From NCBI GenBank assembly GCA_013265495.1, contig MU058669.1:124001-188000 (forward strand): DNA of 64,000 nt, in the 5' to 3' direction. Shown in pieces: positions 62,565 through 64,000 of this stretch (position 1 is its first letter; each line of letters opens with the position of its first letter). Under the pieces are notes generated by a model that had not been told where the DNA came from, did no database searches, and saw nothing but the letters and a program-made list of their open reading frames with translations. Made by a program: the position numbers and the translations under genes. The DNA is from Vicugna vicugna (lineage: Eukaryota).

Positions 62565-64000
62565 GTAAGTCCGGGGGCCTGTATGCTCTAGTCAAGGGCG
62601 CGGGCGCGCGGGAAGCACCCGCAGGCCAAATACGCAGTGGAAGGAATCTCCGTTGCCGTGCGTGCTATTTTGAGAGGCAGAGGGTAGTTCTCAAATGGTC
62701 AAGATGTGCACGGAGGGAAGCAGATTCATATTTGAATTTATTTGTAATGTGGATCGTGTTTGTAAGACTGTGAATGAAGACCAGAATCTTAACATTTCGG
62801 GAGAGGGTCAGAGTCCCTTTTAAGAGTCCATGGGAAGCTTCAGACGCGGAGAACACACGCATGGTTTCTTTCTTTCCAATCTTGAGGGGTCCTGATTCAC
62901 CTCTGGGCTCTCCTGGAAACCAGGTTATGAATGCCTTAGGGTTTAGTTACTTCAGTTTGAATGTGAATTTATGCTTATAGGCTCAGCTACTGTTTTCACA
63001 AGGCCTTTGCTGGAGAGGTTAGTCTACTGCCATCCTTGTACAGATAGGGAAACTGAGGCCCAGAGCAGGACAGGACTTGAAGGTTACCTACCCAAGGAGC
63101 TGTTTATTTGGGTAAAACAAGTAAGTCTACTCCCTGTCCAGAGCGTGTTCCAGTGCTCCACTCCCTACGGCCGGCTCTGAGGGCCACCTTGATGGTTTTG
63201 TGTGTAAAGGCCAACAAGCAAGAGTCAAGAGTCTCACCCACTTCTTTTGGTTTTGGAGATCGCGGTGCATACCGGCCTCTCTCTCGATCCTCTCAAGTGA
63301 GGTGACACTTCCTAGAGCTTGGTTTCTCTGGCCCAGGGTTCTGGGACCTCTGAAGGCAGTGATTTCCAGGCTGGTGAACTGAAATAGTTTCTCTAGGATG
63401 GTGCACTCAGGGCTGCAGTGCGTTGGAGTTGACCAGAGAGCCCCCCCGGATTTTATCTGTCCTGCAGGGGCTGTGATAAACTAGGGAAAGCTCACCTGGG
63501 GAGACTGGGAAATACCCTAGCCAATGAGTTTTTAAGGACATGTAGGCCCAGGCGACTGCTGGTTAGAAGTAATTGTTGAGCATATCTTCTCCACCCCCTG
63601 CACATCACCACCTCCTTCAAGGAGCGGGGAAGGGGGATGCTAGGGCAGGCCAACTGCCCCCGCCCCATCGCCTAGCCTTCTGAGCATCTAGCGCCAGCTG
63701 GAGGGACCCAACTCTGTACCCAAACCCAGTGCTAAACTAGGTTGGAAAGCCGGTGGGACGTGTTGGGGGAGCAGGTCCTCGAGGGAGAAGACTGTTGATT
63801 CCCACCCCTCCCATTTGAACCCCTGCAGTCTCCCTACGGCACCATAAAGCCAAACCTACAAGCATCAGTTTCACTAGACACAGAAAATTCTCATTATCAA
63901 ACCCCAGAAGCTGCCCAGTCCATCCCGGACCTGGGAACTCGGGGCATAAAGGCAAATTTATGAGCCTGTTTGCCTATTTTGCAAACAGAAATTCGTCACT
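62565..64000 (+). other. HAND1: HAND1 intron (5' part; runs past the window end)
   Basis: Starts GTAAGT. The HAND C-terminal exon (GRTGWPQxVWALEL motif) was not seen before 64000. Confidence 0.9.

Larger units (their letters stand above)
61600..62665. promoter_or_regulatory. CpG island over the HAND1 promoter and exon 1
   Basis: Visibly high GC and dense CpG; not computed. Confidence 0.85.

Noticed and set aside
61881..62591. 236-aa ORF as the full HAND1 protein
   Set aside because: It starts at a TTG in the 5'UTR and reads through the splice donor; the real exon CDS is 62013-62564.

Overview
Mammalian genomic DNA, most likely a camelid artiodactyl. This is inferred from camelid-type tRNA-derived SINEs and artiodactyl-type L1 3' ends; no Alu, BovB or PRE-1 was seen. 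The only protein-coding gene I can support is HAND1 (bHLH transcription factor, + strand). Its promoter, 5'UTR, coding exon 1 (62013-62564) and the start of the intron lie at the right end; exon 2 is beyond the window. The preceding ~61 kb is upstream intergenic sequence: a mosaic of MIR, L2, L1, LTR and DNA-transposon relics, with repeat-poor islands of clustered developmental TF motifs and a chain of CpG-rich segments at ~54.9-62.7 kb. I found no convincing new multi-gene system. The best leads are: (i) an unexplained ~1.3 kb insertion with a target-site duplication inside an L1 (probable retrocopy of an unknown transcript); (ii) a hidden degenerate 15-bp tandem array in the repeat-poor regulatory zone; (iii) several candidate HAND1 enhancers (PBX-HOX-MEIS; GATA/NKX2-5/TEAD; T-box/GATA); (iv) a minimal uORF in the 5'UTR. 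Repeat family names come from my recollection of consensus sequences, and boundaries are approximate unless a TSD is quoted.
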